This document shows, one piece after another, positions 1-10,033 of a stretch of DNA of 64,000 nt. How positions within the stretch are numbered: the stretch's first letter is position 1; each line of letters begins with the position of its first letter. The stretch lies in contig CAWFFU010000003.1 of NCBI GenBank assembly GCA_963815215.1, forward strand, positions 704,001 to 768,000, written 5' to 3'. A program made the position numbers and the translations under genes. Under the pieces are notes generated by a model, which had not been told where the DNA came from, made no database searches, and saw only the letters and a list, made by a program, of their open reading frames with translations. The stretch comes from an uncultured Trueperaceae bacterium (GTDB lineage: Bacteria > Deinococcota > Deinococci > Deinococcales > Trueperaceae).

Positions 1-78
1 CGCGGCCGCTTCCGCGTGTTCTCGCCCTACCTGTGGGCCGTCGCCGCGCTCACACTGCTGAGCGTCGCGCTGCGCTGA
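1..78 (+). CDS. 3' end of an upstream membrane-protein gene, possibly undecaprenyl-diphosphatase (partial)
   Basis: Frame 1 reads RGRFRVFSPYLWAVAALTLLSVALR* (TGA 76-78). This hydrophobic C-terminus resembles UppP/BacA ends, but only 25 aa are visible. Confidence 0.35.
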   Translation, partial: RGRFRVFSPYLWAVAALTLLSVALR

Positions 79-201
79 GCGCGCACCGCACGACCGCGCA
101 GCACGTTCGGCCGACACCCTTAACCCCGCCGGGGACGCATCTGTCACCGACATCGGTGGCTACGGCCCTGGGCTACAATGCTCCGAAGAGGAGGCGCCTC
201 C

Positions 202-1758
202 ATGACAGTTGCAACGCGGATTGCACCCTCCCCCACCGGCGACCCGCACGTCGGAACGGCGTACGTCGGACTGTTCAACTACGCCTTCGCGAAGCGTCAC
301 GGGGGGCGGTTCGTCTTCCGCCTCGAGGACACCGATCGCCAGCGCTACGACGCCAACGCCGAGCAGCGCATCCTGGAGATGTTCGGGTGGCTCGCGATCC
401 GGCCCGACGAGGGTCCCGACGTCGGTGGCGATCACGGGCCCTACCGCCAGAGTGAGCGCATCGAGCACTATCGCGAGCACGTCGACCTGTTGCTCGATGA
501 AGGCAAGGCCTACCGCGCCTTCGAGACCTCCGAGGAGCTCGACGCCATGCGCACCGAGCAGAAGCGCCTGGGCAGGCCGCTCGGCTACGACGGCCGCGGA
601 CGGGCGTTGAGCCATGCTGAGCAGGAGCGCCGTGCCCAGGCCGGCGAGCCGCACGTAGTGCGGCTGCTGACGCCCGACGACGGAACCACCACCTTCCATG
701 ACGAGCTGCGCGGTGACGTCGCCATCCACAATCAGGAGATCCGGGATCCGGTCCTGCTCAAGAGCGACGGCTACCCCACCTACCACCTCGCCAACGTCGT
801 CGACGACCACTTGATGGGTGTGACCCACGTGATCCGTGCCGAAGAGTGGGTGACCAGCACCCCCATCCACGTGCTGCTGTACCGGGCCTTCGGATGGGAC
901 CTGCCGCAGTTCGTGCACATGCCGCTCCTGCGCAACCCCGACAAGAGCAAGGTCAGCAAGCGCAAGCTCGATACCTCGGTGGCGTCCTACCGCGAGCAGG
1001 GCATCCTGCCCGAAGCGTTGCTGAACTTCCTGGCCACCATGGGTTGGAGCATGCCGGACGGCCGGGAGTTCTTCACGCTCGACGAGATGATCGAGGCCTT
1101 CGACATCCGGCGCGTGTCCCTGGGCGGCCCGGTGTTCGACCTGAAGAAGTTGCGCTACTACAACGCCAAGTACCTTCGCGACCTGCTCCCGCTGGAGGAC
1201 GTGGCCGGACGCGTGGCGCCACTGCTCGAGGAGCGCGGCCTTCACTGGGACGACCACGACTACCTGCTCGACGTGGTCGACGTACTGCGTCCCCGCGCCG
1301 AGACCCTGGTCGAGGTGGCCGATGCCGCGGCCTACTTCTTCACCGAGGAGGTTCGCTACGACGCGTCCGCGCGCAAGCAGCTCGCGGCCGGTCAGAAGTA
1401 TCTCGAGGATCTGGAACGGGAGTTCTCCATCCTGGAGTTCTTCGACTACGATGGCGTCGACGATCTTCTCCACGACTACGTCCAGGCGCAGAGCGTCGGC
1501 ATGGGCAAGGTCCTGCAGCCGCTGCGCGCGGCCCTCACCGGCACCACCAGTGCCCCCGGCGTGACCGACCTGGTCACCATCCTGGGCAAGCGGCGAGTGC
1601 TGCGACGGATCGGCGCCGCCCTCAGCGCCATCAACCAGGGGCTGCCGGACGACAACCCGCAGCGCGACGCCGAGCCACCGGCCGGCGGCGACAAGGCCCG
1701 CCAGAAGGGCGGCGCCAAGGCCGGAACGGCGAGCACCAAGCGGGGCCCGGTGGGATGA
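202..1758 (+). CDS. gltX: Glutamate--tRNA ligase
   Basis: TRIAPSPTGDPHVG (HIGH-like), KVSKR (KMSKS-like), FRLEDTD. ATG 202 follows SD GAGGAGG (188-194). Confidence 0.97.
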   Translation: MTVATRIAPSPTGDPHVGTAYVGLFNYAFAKRHGGRFVFRLEDTDRQRYDANAEQRILEMFGWLAIRPDEGPDVGGDHGPYRQSERIEHYREHVDLLLDEGKAYRAFETSEELDAMRTEQKRLGRPLGYDGRGRALSHAEQERRAQAGEPHVVRLLTPDDGTTTFHDELRGDVAIHNQEIRDPVLLKSDGYPTYHLANVVDDHLMGVTHVIRAEEWVTSTPIHVLLYRAFGWDLPQFVHMPLLRNPDKSKVSKRKLDTSVASYREQGILPEALLNFLATMGWSMPDGREFFTLDEMIEAFDIRRVSLGGPVFDLKKLRYYNAKYLRDLLPLEDVAGRVAPLLEERGLHWDDHDYLLDVVDVLRPRAETLVEVADAAAYFFTEEVRYDASARKQLAAGQKYLEDLEREFSILEFFDYDGVDDLLHDYVQAQSVGMGKVLQPLRAALTGTTSAPGVTDLVTILGKRRVLRRIGAALSAINQGLPDDNPQRDAEPPAGGDKARQKGGAKAGTASTKRGPVG

Positions 1759-2687
1759 GCTGGTTCGACCGGCTTCGCCAGGGGCTCTCCCGCACCCGCG
1801 ACGTGCTGACGGCCGACGCCGGGGCGAACTGGGAGATGGGCTGGGACGACCTCGAGATCGCGCTCATCGGCGCCGATGTCGGCGCCAATCTCGCCGCCGA
1901 GGTAGTGAGGGATGCACGCGCCGAGCGCGACCGGGGGACGCCGTTCCGGGACGCACTGGAGCAGGCGTTGATGGACCAGCTCGAGCCCGATCGCCTGCGG
2001 CAGAAGCTGCGGCGCGTGGGATTCGATCTGGACGTCAAGCGCAACGTCGTCGAGCTGCGTGGCTCGGTCGTGATGATGGTCGGCGTCAATGGCGTCGGTA
2101 AGACCACCACCATCGCCAAGCTCGGGCAGTACTACCGCGACCGCGGCCGTTCGGTGATGTTCGCTGCCGGCGACACCTTCCGGGCGGCCGGCAGCGCGCA
2201 GCTCGCGGTCTGGGGCGAGCGCCTGGACATCCCCACCGTCACCGGACCGGACGGCAGCGACCCCGGTGCGGTCGCGTTCGACGCCGCTCAGTCGAGGGCC
2301 GCGCGCGAACTGGATGTGCTGTTCGTCGACACCGCCGGCCGCCTCCACACGCAACACAACCTCATGGAGGAGCTACGGAAGGTCAAACGCGTGATCGGCA
2401 AGGCCGATTCCGGCGAGCCCGGCGAAGTGTGGCTGGTCCTGGATGCGGTGACCGGCCAGAACGGCCTCGAGCAGGCTCGCAAGTTCCATGAGGCGGTGGG
2501 CGTCACCGGCGTGATCGTCACCAAGCTCGACGGCACCGGCAAGGGCGGCATCCTGCTGAGAATCGCCCGCGAGATCGGGCTCCCCATCAAGTTCATCGGC
2601 GTAGGGGAGCGGGCCGAAGACCTGCAGCCCTATGATGCGGCCGCCTTCGTGCGGGCGCTGCTGGACCTGCCGGCGAAGGCCGCCTGA
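1755..2687 (+). CDS. ftsY: SRP receptor FtsY (short form, no acidic A domain)
   Basis: MSWFDRLRQGLSRTR start, GVNGVGKTTTIAKL, DTFRAA, DTAGRLHT, TKLDGTGKGG. ATGA overlap with the gltX stop. Confidence 0.96.
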   Translation: MSWFDRLRQGLSRTRDVLTADAGANWEMGWDDLEIALIGADVGANLAAEVVRDARAERDRGTPFRDALEQALMDQLEPDRLRQKLRRVGFDLDVKRNVVELRGSVVMMVGVNGVGKTTTIAKLGQYYRDRGRSVMFAAGDTFRAAGSAQLAVWGERLDIPTVTGPDGSDPGAVAFDAAQSRAARELDVLFVDTAGRLHTQHNLMEELRKVKRVIGKADSGEPGEVWLVLDAVTGQNGLEQARKFHEAVGVTGVIVTKLDGTGKGGILLRIAREIGLPIKFIGVGERAEDLQPYDAAAFVRALLDLPAKAA

Positions 2688-2719
2688 TCGCCGGGCCGCG
2701 CGCGCTCCCGGAGGTGGGC

Positions 2720-3433
2720 ATGGATGCACCGTTGCTCCTCGTCAGCGCTACCGCTCTGGAGGCGCAGCCCCTGCGGGACGCCCTCCAGGCCGCGAGCGTG
2801 CCGGTCGCATGGGGATCGGCCTGGGAGGGGCGCCTGCACGGCAGCGACGTGGTGCTGGCCGTTCCGGGCATCGGCAAGGTCAACACGGCCGCGGGGGTTG
2901 CACTGGCCGTCGAGCGCTGGCGCCCCTGGGCAGTGGTGCAGCTCGGCATCGGTGGAGCGTTCGTGGGCAGCTTCCTGAGCATCGGCATGGTGGCGGTCGC
3001 CAGCGTAGAGGTGCACACCGACTGCGGCGCCGGCGAGGGGGACGCCTGGGAGGGGATGGAGCGCCTGGGCTTCCCGTTGCTCGCCGGGCCGCCCCCGCAC
3101 TTCAACGAGATGCCCACCGACCGCGACCTCAGCCGCCGGTTGGCCGCCCCCACCCGCGCTCCGCTACTGCGTTTCGCCACCTCGGAGCGCGTGAGCGCCA
3201 CCCTGGAGGCGGCAGACCGCTTGCAGCGCCGCTTCGACGTCGCCGTCGAGTCGATGGAGGGCGCGGCCGCCGCTCAGGTGTGCCTGGCGTTGGGGGTGCC
3301 ATTCGCCGAGCTGCGCGGGGTGAGCAACATCGTGGGCGAACGCGACCGCCGAGCCTGGGACGTGCCGCGCGCCATCCGCGCCGCAGCCGCGGCGCTCGAG
3401 GCAGCCCTGCCCACCCTGGGCGCCGTCGCATGA
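2720..3433 (+). CDS. mqnB: Futalosine hydrolase (menaquinone futalosine pathway; PNP/MTAN-fold nucleosidase)
   Basis: LLVSATALEA, GIGKVNTAAG, GIGGAF, ESMEGAAAAQV, ELRGVSNIVGERDRRAW match the MqnB pattern. SD GGAGG upstream. Confidence 0.85.
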   Translation: MDAPLLLVSATALEAQPLRDALQAASVPVAWGSAWEGRLHGSDVVLAVPGIGKVNTAAGVALAVERWRPWAVVQLGIGGAFVGSFLSIGMVAVASVEVHTDCGAGEGDAWEGMERLGFPLLAGPPPHFNEMPTDRDLSRRLAAPTRAPLLRFATSERVSATLEAADRLQRRFDVAVESMEGAAAAQVCLALGVPFAELRGVSNIVGERDRRAWDVPRAIRAAAAALEAALPTLGAVA

Positions 3434-3825
3434 GCCTCCTGAGCGCCATCCCGGTGTGGGGTTACTTCATCGTCCTGGGACTGGCCTTCATCACCGGTCA
3501 CCTGCTGGCGTTCCATCCCGATCCCGCCATGGGCCGCGGCCGGCGCATGGCCGGGCGCTGGGGCTCGTCGCTCCTGCTCCTGGTGGGGCTGCTGATGGTG
3601 TCGAACCGCAACGTCGCCAGTGTCCTGCCGTCGCTCGTGCTGGCGCTGCTCGGCGGCGTGGTCAGCGGCCGCACCGCGCCCGTGTCGCCGGGCCGCGACG
3701 GCGCGCCGCCGGAGCAGGGCCCGAGCCCCATGGGGTCGTCCGCGGACGGTCCCGCGACCGAGGCTTCGCCGCCCCGGCCGACACCAGCCGAGGACGGCCC
3801 CGCCGACGCCGGAGACACCCGCTAG
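3430..3825 (+). CDS. Small hypothetical membrane protein (~3 TM) with P/A/G-rich tail
   Basis: ATGA overlap with the mqnB stop; hydrophobic segments WGYFIVLGLAFITGHLL, SLLLLVGLLMV, VLPSLVLALLGGVV. Confidence 0.7.
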   Translation: MSLLSAIPVWGYFIVLGLAFITGHLLAFHPDPAMGRGRRMAGRWGSSLLLLVGLLMVSNRNVASVLPSLVLALLGGVVSGRTAPVSPGRDGAPPEQGPSPMGSSADGPATEASPPRPTPAEDGPADAGDTR

Positions 3826-3870
3826 CGCACCCTCGAGCACCGTGCTGGACGGATCTTCCCGCAACCGGGG

Positions 3871-3876
3871 TATACT
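3871..3876 (+). promoter_or_regulatory. -10 box (TATACT) of a leaderless fba transcript
   Basis: TATACT lies 6 nt before ATG 3883 and there is no SD. Confidence 0.7.
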
Positions 3877-3882
3877 CCCGCC

Positions 3883-4803
3883 ATGCCCTTGGTCACCGGA
3901 CTCGAGATCCTGGCCGCCGCACGCGAGCACGGCTACGGCGTCGGCGCCTTCAACACCAATGACATGGAGATCACCCAGGCGATCCTGGAAGCCGCCGAGG
4001 AGGCGCGCAGTCCCGTTCTGGTCGCGCTGTCCGAAGGAGGGATGACGTACGGCGGCCCGGCGCTGGTGGAGCTCGTGACGACGCTTGCCGCGCAAGCGAC
4101 CGTGCCCGTCGCCCTACATCTCGACCACGGTTCCTCCTACGCGTCGTGCCTGCGCGCCATCCGTGCCGGCTTCACCTCGGTGATGATCGACAAGTCGCAC
4201 GAGAGCGAGGTCGAGAACATCGCCGAGACCACGCGCGTGGTGGAGGCCGCACACGCCGTAGGGGTCACGGTCGAGGCCGAGATCGGTCGCCTCGGCGGTG
4301 TCGAGGAACACGTGGTGGTGAGTGCCGAGGAGGCCTTCCTCACCCGCCCGGACGAGGCGGAGCGGTTCATGGGCGCGACCGGCGCCGATTACCTGGCCAT
4401 CGCCATCGGCACCTCGCACGGCGCCAACAAGGGCAAGGGGCGTCCCTACATCGACCACGAGCGCATCCGCGAGATCGCAGACCGGCTCCCTCAGCCGCTG
4501 GTGATGCACGGGGCGAGTAGCGTTCCGGCGGCACTGGTGGAGCGCTTCAACGCCGCCGGCGGCTCGCTGGCCGACGCCAGCGGCATCCACCCGGACGACA
4601 TCCGGCAGGCCGTCACCGAGGGGATCGCCAAGATCAACACCGACACCGACCTGCGGCTGGCCTTCGCAACGCGCGTCCGCGAGGTGCTGGGGCAGAGGCC
4701 CGGCGAGTTCGATCCCCGCAAGATCCTCGGCCCGGCGCGTGACGAGATGCGTTCGCTGGTGCGCGAACGGTTGGAGCTTTTCGGTTCGGTCGGACGCGCC
4801 TGA
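3883..4803 (+). CDS. fba: Class II fructose-1,6-bisphosphate aldolase
   Basis: GVGAFN, LHLDHG, VEAEIGRLGG, AIGTSHG, LVMHGAS, KINTDTDLR. Confidence 0.96.
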   Translation: MPLVTGLEILAAAREHGYGVGAFNTNDMEITQAILEAAEEARSPVLVALSEGGMTYGGPALVELVTTLAAQATVPVALHLDHGSSYASCLRAIRAGFTSVMIDKSHESEVENIAETTRVVEAAHAVGVTVEAEIGRLGGVEEHVVVSAEEAFLTRPDEAERFMGATGADYLAIAIGTSHGANKGKGRPYIDHERIREIADRLPQPLVMHGASSVPAALVERFNAAGGSLADASGIHPDDIRQAVTEGIAKINTDTDLRLAFATRVREVLGQRPGEFDPRKILGPARDEMRSLVRERLELFGSVGRA

Positions 4804-4816
4804 CGCCGGCGCCGCG

Positions 4817-6007
4817 TCAGGCCACCACCACGTTGCGGCCCTTCGCCAGTACTGCGGAGGCCAGCAACGCGGCCGGCAGCAGGCACAGCGACGCCAGGAT
4901 CATGGCGGGCGTGAGGCCGAGGAACTGCTGGAGCACACCCTCCAGCATGTAGAGCACACCGGCGGTGCCCCAGGTGAACCCCATCAGCATGCCGGTGGCC
5001 GCCCCCATCGAACCGGGCGCCAGGTCCTGCGCGCTGACGATCAGCAGCGGCACCGAGGCGTTCGAGCTCGCCCCGGCCAGTGCGACCATCAGGTAGTACG
5101 GCGGCGTCGCCGGGGCGATCGCCAGCACCGCCAGGAGCGCGGGTAGCGCGACCAGCATCGTGCCCACGATGAGCAGCCGCCGCGGGAAGCGCGAGGACAA
5201 CGCTCCGGCCAGGATGCCCCCGAGGCCGCCCGACAGCGCGAAGACCGCCAGCGTCCAGGAGATGACGGGCGCATCCGGCGCGAAGCCGCGTACCTGGGCC
5301 AGCCACAGCGGGATGGCGTTGTTGAAGCTGACGAACGCCAGGCTCCGGAGGATCCCCACCAGGCTCAACAACCCCACCGCGCTCTTGACGAGCTTCGGAT
5401 CGAGGAAGGCGATCCGTCGCGCCTGCTTCACGCCGTCGACACGTGGCAGCACCGTGAGAAGAAGCACCCCCAGCACCAGCCCAGGGATCATGAGCAGCGG
5501 CGAGAAGCGCAGGCCGACGGTTCGCGCCATCAGCAGGATGACGACCGGCCCGAACGCCATCCCCAAGGTGCCGCCGCTGCTGAACAGCGCCACCGCCAAC
5601 TCCTTGAAGCGTTCGCCCAGCACGCGCATCAGGCTGGTGGCGGCGGGGTGGAAGGCACCCGATCCGAGACCGCCGAGCAGCAGCACGAAGAACAGGGCCG
5701 CCGGGCTCGGCGCCACCGCCACCAGGCTGAGCAGAACGGTACTGGTGACGATGCCGAGCGCCGCCATGGTGCGGCGCCCCACGCGATCGGCGACCGCACC
5801 GAACAGCGGCTGCGTCATCGCCGAGCTGAACGACAGCGTAGCCACGAACATGGCCAGCACGGCTTCACTCAGGTGGAACCGGGCCTGCAGGGTGGGGAGC
5901 AAGGCGGCCAGCATGGCCGCGAAGGCGTCGTTCGTGGCGTGGACGGCGATGAGGAGCAGAGGGATGCCGGCAGAGGCGAGCAGCGGAGGTCGGGCGGACA
6001 CGCGCAT
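4817..6007 (-). CDS. MFS transporter (Fsr-like)
   Basis: About 12 hydrophobic segments; HATND, QPLFGAVADRVGRR (motif A), GLGSGAFHP. TAGACT lies 7 nt before the ATG. Confidence 0.9.
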   Translation of the reverse strand: MRVSARPPLLASAGIPLLLIAVHATNDAFAAMLAALLPTLQARFHLSEAVLAMFVATLSFSSAMTQPLFGAVADRVGRRTMAALGIVTSTVLLSLVAVAPSPAALFFVLLLGGLGSGAFHPAATSLMRVLGERFKELAVALFSSGGTLGMAFGPVVILLMARTVGLRFSPLLMIPGLVLGVLLLTVLPRVDGVKQARRIAFLDPKLVKSAVGLLSLVGILRSLAFVSFNNAIPLWLAQVRGFAPDAPVISWTLAVFALSGGLGGILAGALSSRFPRRLLIVGTMLVALPALLAVLAIAPATPPYYLMVALAGASSNASVPLLIVSAQDLAPGSMGAATGMLMGFTWGTAGVLYMLEGVLQQFLGLTPAMILASLCLLPAALLASAVLAKGRNVVVA

Positions 6008-6079
6008 GGCGCACAGTCTACCGGCCGGCAGGCACGGCGCGACGGGGATGCACGACGCCGGGTAGAACGCTCGCCGTCG

Positions 6080-7708
6080 CTAGGACGACGGCTCGCTCTC
6101 GCCACCGGGCCCGCGGCCGTGGATCGACCCCGCGGAAGCCGCTGCCGCCCTGCGAGCGGGCGTGACGTAGACCGTCTTCTGATGGCTGAAGTGGACGGTC
6201 CCCGGCGGTTGCCCCTTGACCTTCCAGACGTTCTTGCGCAGCGTGTAGTCGACCGGGACGTTGTCTGACTGGCGCGCCTGGGAGAAACCGGCCGCCAGTC
6301 GAGCGGCGAAGAGCACGGTGTCGAACGGGAGCTCGCGCCCGCCTGAGCGGACCACCACATGGGCCCCCGTGAACCCCTGGACGTGCAGCCACAGGTCGCG
6401 GCTGCGGCCCACGCCGAACGTCACCGCCTCGTTCTCGCGGGCGTTGCGTCCCACCACCACCTCGAACCCTCTCGGGTCCACGAAGCGCGCCCCTGCCACG
6501 GCGCGGCGGCGGCGACGCCGCTCCTCACTGAGCCGCCCCGCGCGCCGCTCGAGCGCCTCGTCGTCGAGATCGTCCAGCCCGGCGAGCTCCGCTTCCGCTG
6601 TGCGCCATTCCTGCCGAAGGCGCGCATCTTCGCTGCGTGCGCGCTCGGCGCGCTCCTCGATGCGGCGCGCGCGCTGGTAGCGTTTGCGAGCGTTGGCGAA
6701 GGCATCCAGGCTCGGGTCGAGCCGCAACTCTCGAGGCTCGCCATCGAACCCCGGCAGCGTCGCGCGGGCCGCACCCTCCGGCACACCGCCCCCATAGGCG
6801 CTCAGCAGGTCGGCCTCCGCGCGGACCTCCACGGCCTCCCCGAGCCGTTGCTCGGCGCGCTCGGCGTCGTCGAGCCGTCGCCGGGTGAGCTCCACACGGC
6901 GCCGCACCGCCTCACGCACCACCGCCATCGATCGCTCTCGCCGATCGCGACGCCGATCGTCCGCCAGCTCCACCGATCCACCGGCCCGGCGGAGCCACAG
7001 CGAGGGCTCCGCGGCCAACGCCGGCACGGCGGCCGCCACCCGGTCCAGCGTCTCCCCCTCCAGCCGCGTCGCTGCATCCACCCCACACCCCGCGGCCAGG
7101 GCGCGCGTGAGTTGCGGGCCGAAGCCGTCGAGCCGCGCCCTCACGTCCGGCAGCCGCGCGCCGCGCAGCGCTTCGCGAAGCGCGGTCTCGGAGGCGTCCC
7201 GGGGATCGAGCTTGTCGTAGGGGGGCGGCGACCGGTAGGACAGGCCGGGTCGCAACTCGCGGTAGCGGTTCCGCTCGGCCAGCACCACGCGCTCGACGCC
7301 GAGGATGGTACGTCGCTCGTCCAGCAGCACGAGGTTGGCGTTCCGCCCGGTCAGCTCGACGACCAGGGTCACGGGCGCCTGTGGCACGAACCCTTCGGTC
7401 TCGGCGAAGCTCAACTCCACCACGCGGTCCAGGCCCTGCTGCTGCACGCCGGACAGCGGACCCGCCGCCCGTGCGGCGAGCTGCTCCTGGAAGGGGGTGT
7501 GAGGGCCACCGCTCGGGACCTCGGACCGCAACGCGAGGCTCGGCCCGGGGGGCCGGCTGAAGATCCACAACGCCTCAGGGAGGGCTGGATCGGCGGCCTG
7601 CAGCGGCAGCACCGCGGTACGCTCGTCCGGGAACCGCCACCCTCCCCGCGATAGCGGCAGCCGCCCGATGAGCGGGCGCAGGGCCTCGGCCAGCAGCAGT
7701 CCCTCCAC
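6080..7708 (-). CDS. rqcH: Rqc2/RqcH (NFACT/FbpA family) ribosome quality-control protein
   Basis: NFACT-N motifs DRVVELSF and VELTGRNANLVLLD; coiled coil; NFACT-R motifs VGRNARENE, DLWLHVQGFTGAHVVV, VDYTLRKNVWKVKGQPPG. Confidence 0.9.
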   Translation of the reverse strand: MEGLLLAEALRPLIGRLPLSRGGWRFPDERTAVLPLQAADPALPEALWIFSRPPGPSLALRSEVPSGGPHTPFQEQLAARAAGPLSGVQQQGLDRVVELSFAETEGFVPQAPVTLVVELTGRNANLVLLDERRTILGVERVVLAERNRYRELRPGLSYRSPPPYDKLDPRDASETALREALRGARLPDVRARLDGFGPQLTRALAAGCGVDAATRLEGETLDRVAAAVPALAAEPSLWLRRAGGSVELADDRRRDRRERSMAVVREAVRRRVELTRRRLDDAERAEQRLGEAVEVRAEADLLSAYGGGVPEGAARATLPGFDGEPRELRLDPSLDAFANARKRYQRARRIEERAERARSEDARLRQEWRTAEAELAGLDDLDDEALERRAGRLSEERRRRRRAVAGARFVDPRGFEVVVGRNARENEAVTFGVGRSRDLWLHVQGFTGAHVVVRSGGRELPFDTVLFAARLAAGFSQARQSDNVPVDYTLRKNVWKVKGQPPGTVHFSHQKTVYVTPARRAAAASAGSIHGRGPGGESEPSS

Positions 7709-7729
7709 GAAAGCGCCTCGCCCGCCGCT

Positions 7730-9145
7730 TCAGTTGAGCAGCCGGTCGTTGCCGCCCAGCACCGCCTGTGCCGCCTGCAGGTGCCGTCGCAGCGGCAGGT
7801 ACCACTCGCTGCCCGGATCGGTGTACTCGAGGGCGAGGCGGGCATGGGTGAGCACCCGCTCGGCCGTGCGCTCGCCGCGCCAGCTATGGGCGTCGGCCAG
7901 GAGCTGATGGGCACCCACCCACACGGGATCACCGGGCTGGCTGGCGCTCACCGCCTGCTCGAACCAGCTGATGGCGTCATCGAGCCGGAAGTACTCGTAG
8001 GCGACGTTGCCGAGGCACAGGCAGGCGGACCCCGTCGCCCCCATCTCCAGGGCCTGGCGCGCCAGCAGCTCGGCGGCGTCGAACTCGCCCGTCTTGAGGC
8101 GGATGTCCGCCAGGTCGGCCAGCGCCTCGGCGCGATGGGGATACGTGGGGTCGCTCACCACCTCGCCGAGCATCTCCTCGGCAGCCGTGAGCTCCTCGCT
8201 CTCCATGAGCGCGTACGCCGCCTCGTGCTGGACGTAGGGTCGGTCCTCGGCCGGGGCCGCGGTCAGCGCCTCGCGGAAGGAGCGACTGGCCTCAGGGTAG
8301 CGGTTGAGCGCCACCAACGCCTGCGCCAGGGCGAGGGCGATCTGGAAGCTCTGGATGGGGTCGGGGGTACCGCTTTCGTCGAGCGCGCTCGCCTCGCGAA
8401 GGAGTCCGAGGGCGAGGTTCGGGTTGCCGCCCTCGAGCTGCGCGCGACCCGCCAGGTAGCTCTGCATCACGCGCTCCTCGGGCCGCAGGTTACTCACGTC
8501 GACACGTTCGAGCTCGCGCAGCGCCTGCTGCGGCTCGCCCAGCTCCAGCAGCGCGCCGGCCAGGCTGAGGCGCTCGGGTTCGCACTCCGCCACCGGGGCG
8601 AGCTCGACCGATCGCGCGAAGGCGTAGGCCGCGCCCGTCCAGTCACCCAGCGCCTCCCGGCACTGTCCGGTCAGCGACCACCGTCGCCACACCAGGTAGG
8701 CCGGAAGGGAGGTGTCGTCGAGCTGCGCGAGGCGCTTCGCAGCGCTCTTGGGCGCCCCCGCGGCGAGCAAGGCGCTGGCGGCATGGTAGCCGGCGATGGG
8801 CTCGGCATCGGACGGAACCTGCCGGACGCCGCGCTTGACGTCGCCGACCGACCCTCCGCGGTAGGCCGAGAACTCCCAGTACAGGGCACGGTAGAGCGGG
8901 TGCTCGGTCAGATTGGGGTCGGCGGCGATCGCCTGCCGGAGGGCCGGCATCCCGTTGTCGACGCCGTCCTCGGCGTAGAGCGCGTACACCGCCGCCAGAT
9001 GCAGCCAGAACTGGCCCTGGGCCCCCCGCCCGTACGGTCGCCGTGCGGCGTCTTCCAGTAGGGCGAAGGCCACGTCGTACTGACCTTCGGCCAGCGCCCG
9101 CTGCGCCGGCTCCAGGTCGACCGAGCGCGACCTGCGGAACATCAC
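7730..9145 (-). CDS. Tetratricopeptide-repeat protein
   Basis: Repeated helical A/L-rich units (e.g. LCLGNVAYEYFRLDDAISWFEQAV). TAGCGT lies 6 nt before GTG 9145 (alternative ATG 9142). Confidence 0.8.
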   Translation of the reverse strand: MMFRRSRSVDLEPAQRALAEGQYDVAFALLEDAARRPYGRGAQGQFWLHLAAVYALYAEDGVDNGMPALRQAIAADPNLTEHPLYRALYWEFSAYRGGSVGDVKRGVRQVPSDAEPIAGYHAASALLAAGAPKSAAKRLAQLDDTSLPAYLVWRRWSLTGQCREALGDWTGAAYAFARSVELAPVAECEPERLSLAGALLELGEPQQALRELERVDVSNLRPEERVMQSYLAGRAQLEGGNPNLALGLLREASALDESGTPDPIQSFQIALALAQALVALNRYPEASRSFREALTAAPAEDRPYVQHEAAYALMESEELTAAEEMLGEVVSDPTYPHRAEALADLADIRLKTGEFDAAELLARQALEMGATGSACLCLGNVAYEYFRLDDAISWFEQAVSASQPGDPVWVGAHQLLADAHSWRGERTAERVLTHARLALEYTDPGSEWYLPLRRHLQAAQAVLGGNDRLLN

Positions 9146-9212
9146 GCCGTCACGCTACCACGGGCTTTCGCGGCGAGCGATGGTAAACGCCGCACAGTGG
9201 CGCGTTCTTCGA

Positions 9213-9956
9213 TCAGAGCCAGGGCACCGTCCGCGGGCCCTCGCCGGTCGCGGCCGCCGGCCGGGCTCGGTGGAACCCCTCCACGCTCAGCCGGCGGGTG
9301 AACCGTGCCATGAACTGGAGCACCGACAGCGCCTGCGTGCGGTGCTGCGCCATCGCCCGCAGCTTGGGCTCCAGGAAGGCACCCGCCTCGACCACGTGCG
9401 TCGGAGCCAGGTGTCCGGCGCGGATGACCTCGGGGTCCAGGAAGCCGGGCCGCGCCGGGCCGTCGTAGGCACCGTCGCTCGCGAAGTAGTAGAGCCGCTC
9501 GACGGGCACCGTGGCGGCGTCGACGGCCTTGCGTGCCAGCCGGTGCGCAGTGACGTGGTCGGGGTGGCCGTTGCTACCGTTGGGAGGGAAGGTGAGCACG
9601 ACCTGCGGGCGCGTGCGTTCGACCACCTCGACCACGCGGGAGAGGAGCTCGTCCTCGTCCAGTGACTGCAGCCCCGCATGGACGGGGATGCCACGATCGG
9701 CATCGGGGACGAAGTCCGGATAGTCGAACACGGTGACGTCCTCGACACCGAGCGCGGCCAACGACGCCCGCAGCTCGGCCTCGCGCACGTCCGGTAGATC
9801 CGCGCGCGGGCACAACTCCAACGACCTCCCGGCCCGACCCCGGGTCAGCGTCAGGGTCGCGACCCGGCGGCCGTGCGCGGCCATGCGGGCGAAGAGAGCG
9901 CCGCACCCGAAGACCTCGTCGTCCGGATGGGGAACGATCAGAAGCAGGTCCGTCAT
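9213..9956 (-). CDS. PIG-L/LmbE family deacetylase (BshB/MshB-like)
   Basis: IVPHPDDE, LTRGRAG, REAELRAS, GHPDH, KLRAMAQHRTQ. TATCAT lies 7 nt before ATG 9956. Confidence 0.9.
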   Translation of the reverse strand: MTDLLLIVPHPDDEVFGCGALFARMAAHGRRVATLTLTRGRAGRSLELCPRADLPDVREAELRASLAALGVEDVTVFDYPDFVPDADRGIPVHAGLQSLDEDELLSRVVEVVERTRPQVVLTFPPNGSNGHPDHVTAHRLARKAVDAATVPVERLYYFASDGAYDGPARPGFLDPEVIRAGHLAPTHVVEAGAFLEPKLRAMAQHRTQALSVLQFMARFTRRLSVEGFHRARPAAATGEGPRTVPWL

Positions 9957-10033
9957 GAGACCGATGATACCCACCGGCCCGCGCCCGACGTCACGGACAC
10001 GCCGCGCGGCCCGGCCCCGACGTCGTCTCGGCC

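Noticed and set aside
846..2687. Apparent long N-terminal extensions or fusions in the ORF track (613-aa FtsY, 554-aa AapJ, 778-aa MTase, 592-aa ORF at 38635)
   Set aside because: The extensions are R/P/G-rich off-frame read-through overlapping other real genes; SD or -10 signals mark the shorter starts.
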